A program made the position numbers and the translations under genes. This document shows, in pieces, positions 28,415 to 38,901 of a stretch of 64,000 bases of DNA. The stretch is from an uncultured Bacteroidales bacterium (lineage in GTDB: Bacteria; Bacteroidota; Bacteroidia; Bacteroidales; UBA7960), in NCBI GenBank assembly GCA_964348755.1, contig CAYGDW010000009.1, positions 38 to 64,037 of the forward strand, read 5' to 3'. Below the pieces are notes generated by a model. It did no database searches. It saw only the letters and a list, made by a program, of their open reading frames with translations, and was not told the origin of the DNA. Numbering within the stretch: position 1 is the first letter of the stretch; every line of letters begins with the position of its first letter.

Positions 28415-30367
28415 TCATTTACGCCCCAGGTTTTTCCACCCTTTATAAATGATTTTCAGGTCGTTTTCAACGCGGTATTGTCTTGAGTAAATGTTGTTGA
28501 AGTTTTTGATGGTTTCGTGCTGCGGATATTTGCCAGGGTTTATATCGCCAGGGAAAAGTACGCCATTTTTAATTTTTGGAAGTTTATCTGCATGCCTGCA
28601 TGGGTGGTATCCTACCCATGATTTTTTGCCTGATATTACCAACAAAAGATTTCGTAACATTCCTGCCGGATTTTTCACAAGAAAAACCATTACCGGAAGG
28701 AAAACCAGCAGCAAAGCCGAAGCCACTACGTCGAACAACCTTTTAATGCGTCGGTTGGCGGGTTTATTCACAGGGTTAATGTCTATTGTAAATGGTTCGG
28801 CAAAAGTGTCAATACTGTTGCTTCCAATAATGTAGAGGCTTTCGGGGGGCGCAATTTTGAAGTTTACCTGTTGGTCTTTGAGGGCGGCCATTTGGTCTAT
28901 TATAGTCTGTGAGCTCATGTGGGCGGCACAAAAAATAATTTCGTCGATTTTGTAAACTTCAATCACCTCGTTAATTTGATCGATGGTGCCCACGTATGCC
29001 TGGTTCGGGGGCTTTTGTTTTTGAAGGGATACCATTCCAATAAAGGCGAAATTGCCAGATTGGTTTATCATTTGGCCAATCCGTTGGGCTTCGTTGCCAT
29101 CGCCAGCAATAATTACTCTTTTATTATGCTTTTTGTATGCAGGTTTTCCGTTTCTGGCAAGTTTGGCATACAGGCTGCGCAAAGCAGGCAGCGATAATAG
29201 TGCCCAGGCGGCACCCAGAAGTATTAGGGCCCGAGAGAAACGAAGGTGTATGGGCAGAAGGGCATAAATTACCAGTATTGCCACTGTGCCAAGCCCAATG
29301 CCTCTAACGATGCGCGAAATACTTAGCGGCCGGTCGTAGCCACCGCTAAAATACACTGAGAAAAGCCAAATGAGTATATATGCCGGCACCACAAAATGCA
29401 TAAACTCTGGGGGGTAGTGCGGTCCGTGAAAAACCTGATTTTCCCAGGCAGATTTTATAAAATATAATCCTAAGTATATAATAGCGGCATCGGCCAGGGG
29501 CCAGAAAATCTTTTTGAGAAAACGGTTTAGAATAGCCACGGCAGCTCTGAAATAAATGGCCAGGTTTATAAGCAGCGAAAATACCCGGGCATTTTTTTTT
29601 GAGAAATGCTTTCTGGCAAAAATGATCATTGCCTTGTAAAAAACCATTACGTAGTTTACGCTGCTTTTTTTGGTGCTTTCGCCTTTGTAGTGAATAATTC
29701 GCGTATGGGGGAAGTAGTAGTTTTTGTACCCGGCCTGGCTTATCCGGTACGAAATGTCAATGTCTTCGCCATACATAAAGAATTCCTCGTCGAGGTATCC
29801 GGTTTTTTTAAGGACCTGGCTTCGCAACAACATAAATGCGCCAGAAAGCACATCGACCTGTTGTGTTTGGTCGGGATTAAGGTATCCGAGGTGGTATTTG
29901 CCAAAAGTTTCAGATTTTGGAAACAGTGCAGAAAGCCCGAATATTTTGAAAAATGCTACTGCTGGAGTAGGCAATCCGCGCTTCGACTCTGGCAGAAAGC
30001 GCCCCTGCCCATCGAGCATTTTTACGCCCAGGCCCCCTGCATCGGGGTGCTGGTCCATAAAGTTAACTACCCGAGGCAGGGTATCATCCTCAACAACCGT
30101 ATCGGGATTGAGCAAAAGTACATAGCGGCCCTTGGAAACTGCAATGCCCTGATTGCTTGCACGGCTGAACCCCAGGTTTTTACGGTTGGCTATGAGGTGA
30201 ACCTGCGGGTATTTTTGGCTTACCATTTCCAATGAACCATCAACCGAGTTGTTGTCAACCACAAAAACTTCCATATTCAACCTGCTGCCCGAAGCAAAAA
30301 CCGACTTCAGACACTGATCGAGGAAGTATTGCACGTTGTAATTGACAATAACTACCGAAAGATCCAT
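28415..30367 (-). CDS. family 2 glycosyltransferase fused to a membrane region and a sugar-transferase-like C-terminal module
   Basis: The N-terminus is GT2-like (LSVVIVNYN..VFVVDNNSVDGS..). It is followed by several TM helices and a Rossmann-like segment (VIIAGDGNEAQRIG). The C-terminus has KRLFDVVASALLLVFLPV.. and ..SGKKSWVGYHP, resembling the ends of bacterial sugar transferases. Confidence 0.7.
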   Translation of the reverse strand: MDLSVVIVNYNVQYFLDQCLKSVFASGSRLNMEVFVVDNNSVDGSLEMVSQKYPQVHLIANRKNLGFSRASNQGIAVSKGRYVLLLNPDTVVEDDTLPRVVNFMDQHPDAGGLGVKMLDGQGRFLPESKRGLPTPAVAFFKIFGLSALFPKSETFGKYHLGYLNPDQTQQVDVLSGAFMLLRSQVLKKTGYLDEEFFMYGEDIDISYRISQAGYKNYYFPHTRIIHYKGESTKKSSVNYVMVFYKAMIIFARKHFSKKNARVFSLLINLAIYFRAAVAILNRFLKKIFWPLADAAIIYLGLYFIKSAWENQVFHGPHYPPEFMHFVVPAYILIWLFSVYFSGGYDRPLSISRIVRGIGLGTVAILVIYALLPIHLRFSRALILLGAAWALLSLPALRSLYAKLARNGKPAYKKHNKRVIIAGDGNEAQRIGQMINQSGNFAFIGMVSLQKQKPPNQAYVGTIDQINEVIEVYKIDEIIFCAAHMSSQTIIDQMAALKDQQVNFKIAPPESLYIIGSNSIDTFAEPFTIDINPVNKPANRRIKRLFDVVASALLLVFLPVMVFLVKNPAGMLRNLLLVISGKKSWVGYHPCRHADKLPKIKNGVLFPGDINPGKYPQHETIKNFNNIYSRQYRVENDLKIIYKGWKNLGRK

Positions 30368-30373
30368 TGATAT

Positions 30374-31000
30374 TTATTTCTTTATGAGGATTTCGAACGG
30401 AGTTCGGTTAATGATCGAGCGGCCAAGGGTAACCTCGTCGGCATATTCGAGTTCATCGCCAATGGCAATGCCTCGGGCAATGGCCGAAACTTTTACCTCA
30501 AAGGGTTTTATTTTCCTGAAAAGGAAAAAATTGGTGGTATCGCCTTCCATGGTGGTGCTCAAAGCCAATATTACTTCATTAATATTTTGGCGATTTTGTT
30601 CAATTCTGTTTATAAGGGAGTCGATGTTGAGGTCGGAAGGCCCAATGCCGTCCATAGGCGAAATGATGCCTCCGAGTACATGATACAGTCCATGGTATTG
30701 GCCGGTATTTTCAATTGCGATAACATCGCGCAGGTCTTCAACCACGCAAATAAGTGAGTTGTCGCGCCGTGGCGAGCGGCATATTTCGCACAAATCCCGG
30801 TCGGAAATGTTATGACATTGCCTGCAATAAACCACATCGTTGCGCAGGCGAAGCATGGTTTCAGAAAATCGGGCTACGGTTTGCGGCTCCTGCTTTAGCA
30901 GGTGCAGCACCAAACGAAGGGCTGTTTTTTTGCCTATGCCGGGCAGGCGCGAAAACTCTTCGACGGCCGCCTGAAGCAATTTGGAGGAGAAAGTTTCCAA
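30374..31000 (-). CDS. recR: recombination protein RecR
   Basis: It has the helix-hairpin-helix [12 protein letters not shown], the zinc finger [16 protein letters not shown] and a Toprim domain. The start is uncertain: TTG at 31000 gives about 208 aa, and the alternatives are GTG at 31018 or TTG at 31030. Confidence 0.88.
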   Translation of the reverse strand: METFSSKLLQAAVEEFSRLPGIGKKTALRLVLHLLKQEPQTVARFSETMLRLRNDVVYCRQCHNISDRDLCEICRSPRRDNSLICVVEDLRDVIAIENTGQYHGLYHVLGGIISPMDGIGPSDLNIDSLINRIEQNRQNINEVILALSTTMEGDTTNFFLFRKIKPFEVKVSAIARGIAIGDELEYADEVTLGRSIINRTPFEILIKK

Positions 31001-31108
31001 AACTAAAAAATATTGCACTATACCGGCCAAAGTTAATACAAAAAGCAGTGCGCCTCATAGCCGTTTTCTTTTACCTGTATTAAGGCCTGACCGATAAAAA
31101 TCTTTGTC

Positions 31109-31116
31109 TATTTTTG
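31109..31116 (+). promoter_or_regulatory. putative -7 box TAttTTTG
   Basis: Exact match 21 nt upstream of the ATG at 31137. It lies inside the TTG-extended ORF-track model, which argues for the shorter start. Confidence 0.45.
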
Positions 31117-31136
31117 CCAAACAAAATTACTTCCCC

Positions 31137-32606
31137 ATGACTCCGGAAATTATCCTGGTTTCTTTTCTTATTTACAGCACGCTTATTTTCCTTGTTTCGC
31201 GCTTTACTTTAAGAAAAGCCAACAATGAAAGCTATTTTACGGGAAACCGGAATTCGCCCTGGTATGTGGTGGCTTACGGAATGATTGGCGCCAGCTTGTC
31301 GGGCGTTACCTTTATGTCGGTGCCCGGACTTGTAAAAAATGAGCAGTTTTCTTATATGATGCTGGTATTTGGCTATCTGGTGGGCTATTTTGTTATTGCT
31401 TATGTGTTGCTTCCCTTGTATTACAGGCTAAACCTAACTTCCATTTATACTTATCTGGAAAAAAGGTTTGGAATGGCCTCGTACAAAACGGGTTCATTTT
31501 TCTTTATTTTGTCACGACTTATTGGCGCATCGTTTCGTATGTTTTTGGTGGTAAATGTATTGCAGATTTTTGTTTTTAATGCATGGGGGGTGCCGCTTGG
31601 AGTAACCGTTGCCCTTTTTATGACCCTTATTTTGCTTTATACCTTTAAGGGCGGCATAAAAACCATTGTTTGGACTGATACGCTGCAAACCACCTTTATG
31701 ATAAGCGCCACAATTATTACCATAATTATTGTAGCCAGGGCCTTAAATACTGATCTGGGCGGACTGATTGCCGCCGTGAGGCAAGAAGGCTATACCCAAA
31801 TGCTTATTACCGACTTCAAAGATCCGCGTTTTTTTTTGAAGCAGTTTCTGGCAGGAATTTTTATAACCATTGTAATGACGGGTCTTGACCAGGACATGAT
31901 GCAAAAGAACCTGAGTTGCCGCAATCTTGGCGACGCCCGCAAAAACGTGCTGACTTTCGGGGCAATTCTTATTCCGGTTAATTTGCTGTTTTTGTTTTTG
32001 GGGGCAGTATTATGGATTTATGCCACTTCCAATGGTATAAGTATAGCAGGCACTACCGACGAACTCTTCCCCACCCTGGCCCTTCGTTACCTGGGGGTAG
32101 CAGCAGGCTTAACCTTTTTTATCGGGCTTATTTCGGCTGCCTATTCGAGTGCCGACGGAACCCTGACTGCCCTGACAACCATTTTTTGCATAGACTTTCT
32201 GGGCCTGAAGCGCAAAGCCGGTATTACCGAAGAAAAAATCAGAAAAGTTCGCTACCTGGTTCATTTTTCATTTTCCATACTTATTATGCTTATAATAATG
32301 GGTTATAGCGCCATTAACAACCAGGCCCTTATTTCGAAACTCTTTACCATTGCAGGTTATACTTATGGCCCGTTGCTGGGCTTGTACAGCTTTGGGCTTT
32401 ACACCAGGCTCAAGGTAAAAGACCGTTGGGTGCCACTGGTGGCATTGCTTTCGCCTGCCTTGAGCTACCTTTTGAGCATAAACTCTGAGCGGATTTTCTG
32501 GGGTTATAAAATGGGTTTTGAGATTTTGATAATTAATGGGCTGATTACCTTTTTTGGACTATTGCTGCTGTCTAAAAGGGCAGAAAAGGCTCAGGCAACT
32601 GTTTGA
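31137..32606 (+). CDS. sodium:solute symporter family transporter
   Basis: About 489 aa and polytopic, with an SSF-like pattern (..GNRNSPWYVVAYGMIGASLSGVTFMSVPG..). Confidence 0.82.
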   Translation: MTPEIILVSFLIYSTLIFLVSRFTLRKANNESYFTGNRNSPWYVVAYGMIGASLSGVTFMSVPGLVKNEQFSYMMLVFGYLVGYFVIAYVLLPLYYRLNLTSIYTYLEKRFGMASYKTGSFFFILSRLIGASFRMFLVVNVLQIFVFNAWGVPLGVTVALFMTLILLYTFKGGIKTIVWTDTLQTTFMISATIITIIIVARALNTDLGGLIAAVRQEGYTQMLITDFKDPRFFLKQFLAGIFITIVMTGLDQDMMQKNLSCRNLGDARKNVLTFGAILIPVNLLFLFLGAVLWIYATSNGISIAGTTDELFPTLALRYLGVAAGLTFFIGLISAAYSSADGTLTALTTIFCIDFLGLKRKAGITEEKIRKVRYLVHFSFSILIMLIIMGYSAINNQALISKLFTIAGYTYGPLLGLYSFGLYTRLKVKDRWVPLVALLSPALSYLLSINSERIFWGYKMGFEILIINGLITFFGLLLLSKRAEKAQATV

Positions 32607-32670
32607 TGGGTATTTTCTGAAAAAAAAGACCGGAACAACCCGGCCTTAATTTCTTTACATTTTGAAATAA

Positions 32671-33072
32671 TTAATTGGTTCGACGAATCAGTAGCCATGT
32701 ATCGGCATAAGCCTGAAACTCGCTTCGGATCTGCATAACGCGCGCCCTGGCTTCGTCTTCGATTAGGTATGAGTTGCTCGAAACTCGGTGAAAACCTGTT
32801 TCGGAAAGTAGAATGGTGGGCCTAAACCCTAGCCCGCGGAGGGTTTCAGAAAAACGCTCGGCATTTTCTCTTACCTGAAAACTTCCCATAATAACAAAAT
32901 GGGTATTAGTACCCTGGCTTATCCGGTCGGCTTCCTGGGTAAAGGTAAACCGCTCTTCGCGCATCGGAATGGTAACTTCATTACGCGGAGATACAGGTTC
33001 CATTTTTTTTGACCTGCACGAGGGGGCAACTGCTACCAGTGCCAGCAAAATTATCACTACAGTTTTTTTCAT
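32671..33072 (-). CDS. SPOR domain lipoprotein
   Basis: The signal peptide and lipobox (..LVAVAPSC) are followed by a C-terminal SPOR-like region, HFVIMGSFQVRENAERFSETLRGLGF. Confidence 0.72.
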   Translation of the reverse strand: MKKTVVIILLALVAVAPSCRSKKMEPVSPRNEVTIPMREERFTFTQEADRISQGTNTHFVIMGSFQVRENAERFSETLRGLGFRPTILLSETGFHRVSSNSYLIEDEARARVMQIRSEFQAYADTWLLIRRTN

Positions 33073-33243
33073 GATTAATTAATTTTTATGAAGATTTATT
33101 GAATTTGCTATTGAGTTTGCAAGCTCCTTTTTGGCAAAATAAAAAAATAAACTTGCCAAATGGCTCATTTAACTATCGGCAAAAAAATATACTTGCGTGA
33201 AGATAATAAAAAAACAGAGCAGTATAATGCGAAAAGAAGCTGG

Positions 33244-35877
33244 TTAAGTCTTTTTCAGATTTTTAAGCTGGGTTTCAATTACATTGATACGTGCCAGCGA
33301 GTCGGCCTGCTTTTTACGTTCGGCATCAACCACGGTTGCCGGTGCGCTGTTAACGAAGCGCTCGTTGTTTAATTTCTTTTCCACGGATTGCAGGAATCCC
33401 TGCTGATACTTCAGGTCGGCTTCAAGTTGCTCAATTTCGGCCTCCACATCTATATCCTGCGAAAGCGGTATATAAAACTCGGTGGTTTTTAGTATAAGTG
33501 TAACCACCTCGTTGGGCTTTTGATCGACGTAGGCCAGCCTGCTAAGGTTGCACATGCGTGCCACTGTGCTGTCGAAGGTGGTATCGGGCGCTTGGCCATG
33601 GTTCTTTTTTATAAAGAGTTCGAGGGGTTCTTTTGGCGAAATTCCTTTCTCCTGTCTGAAATTTCGTAATGCCATAATCACCTGGCTGGCAAACTCGAAA
33701 CCTGCCAGGATTTCTTTTTTGTAATGACTGCCCTTAGGGTAAGGGGCAATTACTATGCTCTCGGGAGCGTTTTGAAGTCGGAGGCTCTGGAAAATTTCTT
33801 CAGTAATAAACGGCATGTATGGATGCAGTAACCTAAGCATCTGATCGAAGAAGGCAATTGTTGCCTGGTACGTTTTTGCGTCGATAGGCTGCCCGAAGCC
33901 GGGTTTAACCATTTCGAGATACCACGAGCAGAAGTCGTCCCAAATAAGTTTGTACAGGCTCAGCAGGGCATCGGCAATTTTGAACCGGTTCATTTGATCG
34001 TTGATGGTTTTAGCGTGCTTGCCGAGGTTGGCTTCGAACCATTCGATGGCTGCTGCAGCCGAATTGGGCTGTTCAATGTTCTTATCAACTATCCAGCTTT
34101 GAGTAAGGCGGAATGCATTCCATATTTTGTTTGTAAAATTGCGTCCCTGTTCGCACAGGGCTTCATCGAACAGCAGGTCGTTTCCGGCTGGCGACGAAAA
34201 CAGCATTCCAACCCGCACCCCGTCGGCGCTGTAACGTTCCATCAGCTCCAGTGGGTCGGGCGAGTTGCCAATCGATTTTGACATTTTGCGGCCTTGTTTG
34301 TCGCGCACAATACCGGTAAGGTAAACATTTTTAAACGGAATTTCTTTGCGGTACTCAATCCCAGCCATAATCATACGCGCCACCCAGAAAAACAGGATTT
34401 CGGGAGCGGTAACAAGGTCGTTGGTAGGGTAGTAATACTTTATGTCGGGGTTTTCGGGGTTCAGGATTCCGTCGAACACCGATATTGGCCAAAGCCAGGA
34501 GCTAAACCAGGTGTCGAGTACGTCATCGTCCTGGCGCAGGCTACCGGCATCAATTTCAGGGTTTAGTTTGCGTGCCATTTCAAGGGCTTCGGTAGCATTG
34601 TGCGCCACCACTACCCTGCCGTCGGGCATATACCAGGCCGGAATGCGGTGTCCCCACCAAAGTTGCCGACTTATGCACCAGTCGCGCACGTTTTCCATCC
34701 AGTGCTTGTAAATATTTTTAAACTTGGCCGGGTGAAACTTAATGGTGTCGTTCATAACCACTTCGAGGGCTGGCCCAGCCATTGTTTCCATTTTTAGAAA
34801 CCATTGCAGGGACAGTTTAGGCTCAATCACCTCATCAGTACGCTCAGAAAAGCCTACGTTGTTGGTAATTTCTTCGGTTTTTACCAGATGACCTTTTTCC
34901 TGAAGATCCCCAACGATTTTTTGGCGAACCACAAAGCGGTCTTCGCCAATGTAAATTTCGGCCTTATCGTTCAGTGTGCCGTCGGGGTTAAATATGTCGA
35001 TACCAGGCAAGTTGTGTTTTAGGCCCAGGTTGTAGTCGTTAATGTCGTGGGCGGGGGTTACTTTAAGTGCCCCGGTGCCAAAATCGCGGTCAACGTATTC
35101 GTCGAAAATAAATGGTATTGGTCTGTTTATGAGCGGCACCAGGGCCTTTTTGCCTTTCAGGTGCTGGTAGCGCGGGTCGTGGGGGTGTAGGCATAGGGCG
35201 GTATCGCCCAAAATGGTTTCGGGGCGTGTGGTGGCAATGGTAACAAACTCGTTGTCGGAACCTTCAATGCGGTAGCGCAGGTAATAAAACTTCGAATGCA
35301 GCTCCTTGTAAATCACCTCCTCGTCAGAGAGAGCGGTAAGTGCCTTAGGATCCCAGTTTACCATACGCACCCCGCGATAAATCAGGCCCTTGTTGTAAAG
35401 GTCAACAAACACTGCTATGACCGAATCGGACAGCACAGGATCCATTGTAAATGCCGTGCGGGGCCAGTCACAACTGGCGCCAAGTTTTTTGAGCTGCTCC
35501 AGAATTATGCCTCCGTGTTTTTCTTTCCACTCCCAGGCATGGGCCAAAAACTCTTCCCTGCTAAGGTCTTTCTTGTCAATACCTTCGTCCTTAAGCTTGG
35601 CCACTACCTTGGCTTCGGTGGCTATTGAGGCGTGGTCGGTGCCGGGCAACCAGCAGGTGTTGTAGCCCTGCATGCGCGCACGGCGCACAAGCACGTCCTG
35701 AATGGTATTGTTGAGCATGTGCCCCATGTGTAGCACCCCTGTAACATTGGGTGGCGGAATTACAATGGTAAATGGTTCTCGCTTGTCGGGAACCGAATTA
35801 AAGTATCCTTTTTCGAGCCACCAAGCATACCACTTGTCCTCGGCCCCTATAGGCGAATATTGCCTTGGAATTTCCAT
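33244..35877 (-). CDS. valS: valine--tRNA ligase
   Basis: 877 aa with the class I HIGH motif ([13 protein letters not shown]), KMSKS and a C-terminal coiled coil. Confidence 0.97.
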   Translation of the reverse strand: MEIPRQYSPIGAEDKWYAWWLEKGYFNSVPDKREPFTIVIPPPNVTGVLHMGHMLNNTIQDVLVRRARMQGYNTCWLPGTDHASIATEAKVVAKLKDEGIDKKDLSREEFLAHAWEWKEKHGGIILEQLKKLGASCDWPRTAFTMDPVLSDSVIAVFVDLYNKGLIYRGVRMVNWDPKALTALSDEEVIYKELHSKFYYLRYRIEGSDNEFVTIATTRPETILGDTALCLHPHDPRYQHLKGKKALVPLINRPIPFIFDEYVDRDFGTGALKVTPAHDINDYNLGLKHNLPGIDIFNPDGTLNDKAEIYIGEDRFVVRQKIVGDLQEKGHLVKTEEITNNVGFSERTDEVIEPKLSLQWFLKMETMAGPALEVVMNDTIKFHPAKFKNIYKHWMENVRDWCISRQLWWGHRIPAWYMPDGRVVVAHNATEALEMARKLNPEIDAGSLRQDDDVLDTWFSSWLWPISVFDGILNPENPDIKYYYPTNDLVTAPEILFFWVARMIMAGIEYRKEIPFKNVYLTGIVRDKQGRKMSKSIGNSPDPLELMERYSADGVRVGMLFSSPAGNDLLFDEALCEQGRNFTNKIWNAFRLTQSWIVDKNIEQPNSAAAAIEWFEANLGKHAKTINDQMNRFKIADALLSLYKLIWDDFCSWYLEMVKPGFGQPIDAKTYQATIAFFDQMLRLLHPYMPFITEEIFQSLRLQNAPESIVIAPYPKGSHYKKEILAGFEFASQVIMALRNFRQEKGISPKEPLELFIKKNHGQAPDTTFDSTVARMCNLSRLAYVDQKPNEVVTLILKTTEFYIPLSQDIDVEAEIEQLEADLKYQQGFLQSVEKKLNNERFVNSAPATVVDAERKKQADSLARINVIETQLKNLKKT

Positions 35878-35916
35878 AATGAAAACAGATCAGCAGTTTA
35901 TTAGAAAAAAACCCTG

Positions 35917-35924
35917 CAAAGTTA
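35917..35924 (-). promoter_or_regulatory. putative -7 box TAacTTTG (minus strand)
   Basis: The plus-strand caaagtta lies about 40 nt upstream of the valS ATG at 35877. Confidence 0.45.
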
Positions 35925-36022
35925 AGAAAAAATGGGCTTGGAGCAGGAAACCGTTTTTGAATAACACGATTAAACCCGACATTAAACATGTATAATGTAA
36001 GCTTTCCCGACCTTCGGCCATT

Positions 36023-36235
36023 TTAAACCAGGGTAAACAAGCCAAAGGGTCGGTGAAGCTTACAATTCTCAAAAATTACCTTCTTCCTGCTGGCAATCTG
36101 GTTGGGATGCATTTCAAACTGCTGGGCCAATTCACTCACCCTCTGTCGCTCTTTGATAGCCTCAAAAACCACTTTGGCCTTGAAGGCAGAACAGAATTTT
36201 CTTCTTGTGGTTTTAATAACAGAAATTAATGGATT
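36023..36235 (-). mobile_element. relic of an IS3-family transposase OrfA (HTH_Tnp_1 N-terminus); no start codon and truncated
   Basis: The minus-strand translation is ..IKTTRRKFCSAFKAKVVFEAIKERQRVSELAQQFEMHPNQIASRKK.. This matches the conserved RRKFS.EFKAKV.LEA.KE..T..ELA..YE.HPNQI..WK pattern. Similarity stops near 36090. No ATG, OrfB or terminal repeats were found. It is absent from the ORF track. Confidence 0.6.
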
Positions 36236-36300
36236 TTATATTCCTGTCCAAATTTTTTAGGCCAGTAAAAAATTACCCTCTTTTGTGAAGGCTAAATGTG

Positions 36301-36308
36301 TATTTTTG
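36301..36308 (+). promoter_or_regulatory. putative -7 box TAttTTTG
   Basis: Exact match about 69 nt upstream of the sucC ATG. Confidence 0.4.
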
Positions 36309-36376
36309 TTTCCTTTCAGCTATTTTAGCAATATTAATTTTTTAGGAAAGAATTAATTTCATCAAATAAAGGGAAT

Positions 36377-37573
36377 ATGAACCTTCACGAATATCAGGGA
36401 AAAAACCTTTTAAGGAAGTATGGGGTGCCAGTGGCCGAGAGTATTTTGATAGAAGATGCGGGGCTTGCCGCAGGTGCGGCACGTGATTTGGAAAAATTAA
36501 CAGGTATAAAGATTTGGGCCGTGAAAGCCCAGATACATGCCGGTGGCCGAGGCAAGGGAGGCGGTGTAAAAATTGCCCGCACGGTTGAAGATGTAGTAAA
36601 TTATGCCAACCAAATAATTGGCATGCAACTGGTTACACCCCAAACCGGACCTCAAGGAAAGCTGGTAAGGAAGGTGCTGGTAGAGCAGGGAATTTATTAT
36701 TCGGGGCCGTCAGAGCCTAAAGAATTTTATTTCAGCATATTGTTAAACCGGTCCACTTCGCGCAACATGATAATGTACTCGCCACGCGGCGGCATAAATA
36801 TTGAAGAAGTGGCCGAAGAAACGCCCGATCAGATATTTACTGAAGAAATTGACCCCCGGGTAGGTGTGCTGCCCTTTCAGGGCCGGCGAATTGCCTTTAA
36901 CCTCGGCCTGAGTGGCGAAGCATTCAAAAAAATGGTAAATTTTGTTTCAAAAATATATCAGGCCTATATTGAAAATGATGCCACCCTGATAGAAATAAAC
37001 CCGCTTTTCAAAACCTCTGATGATAAAATTTTGGTTGTTGACACCAAAATGGTAATTGACAACAACGCACTGTTTCGCCACCCCGAAATTGCTGCCATGC
37101 GCGACATTAACGAGGAAGACCCCATGGAGGTTGAAGCCGGCCAGCACCAGCTGAACTATGTAAAACTGAGCGGAAACGTGGGTTGTATGGTAAACGGAGC
37201 AGGCCTGGCAATGGCCACAATGGACATTATAAAACTCAGCGGGGGCGAACCGGCCAATTTTCTCGATGTGGGCGGCTCGGCCAATGCTAAACGCGTAGAA
37301 GAAGCGTTTCGAATTATACTGAAAGACCCAAACGTGAAAGCAATACTGGTAAATATCTTTGGCGGAATAGTGCGATGCGACCGCGTTGCAAACGGCATTG
37401 TGGATGCCTATAAAAACATTGGCGAGATAAACCTGCCTATAATAGTGCGGCTGCAAGGAACCAATGCCGAAGAAGCCAAACAAATTATCGACAATTCGGG
37501 GCTCAAGGTACATTCGGCAATTCTGCTTAAAGAGGCCGCCGACCTGATTGCCGAAGTACTTGCTGAGAAGTAA
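36377..37573 (+). CDS. sucC: succinate--CoA ligase (ADP-forming) beta subunit
   Basis: MNLHEYQGKNLLRKYGVPV, an ATP-grasp region and the GGIVRCD motif. Length is 398 aa. Confidence 0.95.
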   Translation: MNLHEYQGKNLLRKYGVPVAESILIEDAGLAAGAARDLEKLTGIKIWAVKAQIHAGGRGKGGGVKIARTVEDVVNYANQIIGMQLVTPQTGPQGKLVRKVLVEQGIYYSGPSEPKEFYFSILLNRSTSRNMIMYSPRGGINIEEVAEETPDQIFTEEIDPRVGVLPFQGRRIAFNLGLSGEAFKKMVNFVSKIYQAYIENDATLIEINPLFKTSDDKILVVDTKMVIDNNALFRHPEIAAMRDINEEDPMEVEAGQHQLNYVKLSGNVGCMVNGAGLAMATMDIIKLSGGEPANFLDVGGSANAKRVEEAFRIILKDPNVKAILVNIFGGIVRCDRVANGIVDAYKNIGEINLPIIVRLQGTNAEEAKQIIDNSGLKVHSAILLKEAADLIAEVLAEK

Positions 37574-37632
37574 ACCCAAATTAAGCAAAAATTGAGTCTG
37601 GCTTTCGACTTTTCATGAATCAGGGTAATTGG

Positions 37633-37640
37633 TAATTTTG
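37633..37640 (+). promoter_or_regulatory. putative -7 box TAatTTTG
   Basis: Exact match about 44 nt upstream of the gcvT ATG. Confidence 0.45.
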
Positions 37641-37683
37641 CGGCAGCCACATAAAATCAAATTATTACCGAAAAATAATTTTA

Positions 37684-38787
37684 ATGAAAACTACTGTTTT
37701 TAAAGAGAAGCACGAGGCCTTGGGCGCCAAAATGGTGCAATTTGCTGGATTTTATATGCCGGTGCAATTCGAAGGTATTAACACCGAACACCAAACCGTG
37801 AGAAATGCCCTTGGTGTATTTGATGTATCGCACATGGGCGAGTTTTGGGTAGAAGGGCCAAAAGCCCTTGACCTGATACAGCGTGTCAGTTCAAACGATG
37901 CTTCGGTGCTTACCGACGGAAAAGTTCAATATTCCTGTTTTCCAAATGACCAGGGAGGCATTGTTGATGACTTTCTGGTTTACAGGTTTACTAAAGAAAA
38001 ATACCTACTTGTGGTTAACGCGGCCAACATTGAAAAGGATTGGGCCTGGGTTAATAAGCATAATACAACAATTGGTGCAATACTGAAAAATGCCTCCGAC
38101 CAAATATCGCAACTGGCAGTTCAAGGCCCACTTGCCCTCAAAGCCATGCAAAAACTTACCCGCGAGTCTATTGAAGACCTGCCTTACTACACTTTTAAAG
38201 TAATGGAATTTGCAGGTGTTAGCAATGTTATAGTTTCTGCCACAGGATATACCGGGTCGGGCGGATGCGAAATTTACTTCGAAAACAAAGATGGAATAAA
38301 GATTTTTGATGCAGTATTAAAGGCCGGTGAAGAATTTGGCATTAAGCCTATTGGCCTGGCCGCCCGCGATACCCTGCGCCTGGAAATGGGTTTTTGCCTT
38401 TACGGAAACGACATAAACGACAACACCTCCCCTATTGAAGCCGGTTTGGGATGGATAACCAAATTTGCCGAAGGCAAAGATTTCATTAACCGCGAAAACC
38501 TGCTGAAGCAGAAAACCGAAGGGGTGAGCAAAAAGCTGGTGGGTTTTAAAATGATTGATAAGGGCATTCCCAGGCAACATTACTCTATAGTAGATGAGGC
38601 CGGAAATATTGTTGGCGAGGTAACTTCAGGAACCATGGCCCCTTCGATCAAAGAAGCAATTGGTATGGGTTATGTAAAAACGGAACTCTCCAAAACAGGC
38701 ACCATAATATACATTGAGGCAAGAGGCAAAACTTTTAAAGCCGAAGTGGTTAAACTTCCATTTTATAAAGGACAAGGACCATTGTAA
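37684..38787 (+). CDS. gcvT: glycine cleavage system aminomethyltransferase T
   Basis: ..[19 protein letters not shown]...[11 protein letters not shown].. and [17 protein letters not shown] are the GcvT signature. Confidence 0.95.
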   Translation: MKTTVFKEKHEALGAKMVQFAGFYMPVQFEGINTEHQTVRNALGVFDVSHMGEFWVEGPKALDLIQRVSSNDASVLTDGKVQYSCFPNDQGGIVDDFLVYRFTKEKYLLVVNAANIEKDWAWVNKHNTTIGAILKNASDQISQLAVQGPLALKAMQKLTRESIEDLPYYTFKVMEFAGVSNVIVSATGYTGSGGCEIYFENKDGIKIFDAVLKAGEEFGIKPIGLAARDTLRLEMGFCLYGNDINDNTSPIEAGLGWITKFAEGKDFINRENLLKQKTEGVSKKLVGFKMIDKGIPRQHYSIVDEAGNIVGEVTSGTMAPSIKEAIGMGYVKTELSKTGTIIYIEARGKTFKAEVVKLPFYKGQGPL

Positions 38788-38901
38788 CAATTTTGGCAAT
38801 TGTGCAAAAAAGCTGGTAAAGGCATTTTTTTAAGTGAAATGCTGCTCCGTGATGATGCATTTAATTTTTCAGAGAGATATTTTGAATAAGGTTTGATAAA
38901 A

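Noticed and set aside
32671-32690. A tRNA-like T-arm string (ggttcgacgaatc), and a general scan for tRNA, rRNA, tmRNA and SRP RNA.
   Set aside because: The string lies inside the SPOR gene 3' end and has no acceptor or anticodon stems around it. No intergenic region is long or GC-rich enough to hold an rRNA, and no cloverleaf candidates were found by eye.
33160-33372. Small intergenic or overlapping ORFs 33160-33372 (+) and 61981-62241 (+).
   Set aside because: Both overlap the 3' ends of real minus-strand genes or AT-rich spacers. They lack motifs and have no promoter box upstream.
36377-37573. sucC without an adjacent sucD.
   Set aside because: As far as I recall, the two subunit genes are not always adjacent in this phylum. 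It cannot be judged without the rest of the genome and is not anomalous enough to report.
37574-37683. Looked for a glycine riboswitch upstream of gcvT.
   Set aside because: The 110-nt spacer is AT-rich and contains only a -7 box. None of the conserved GGAGAG...CACCG-type cores or paired aptamer stems are visible.
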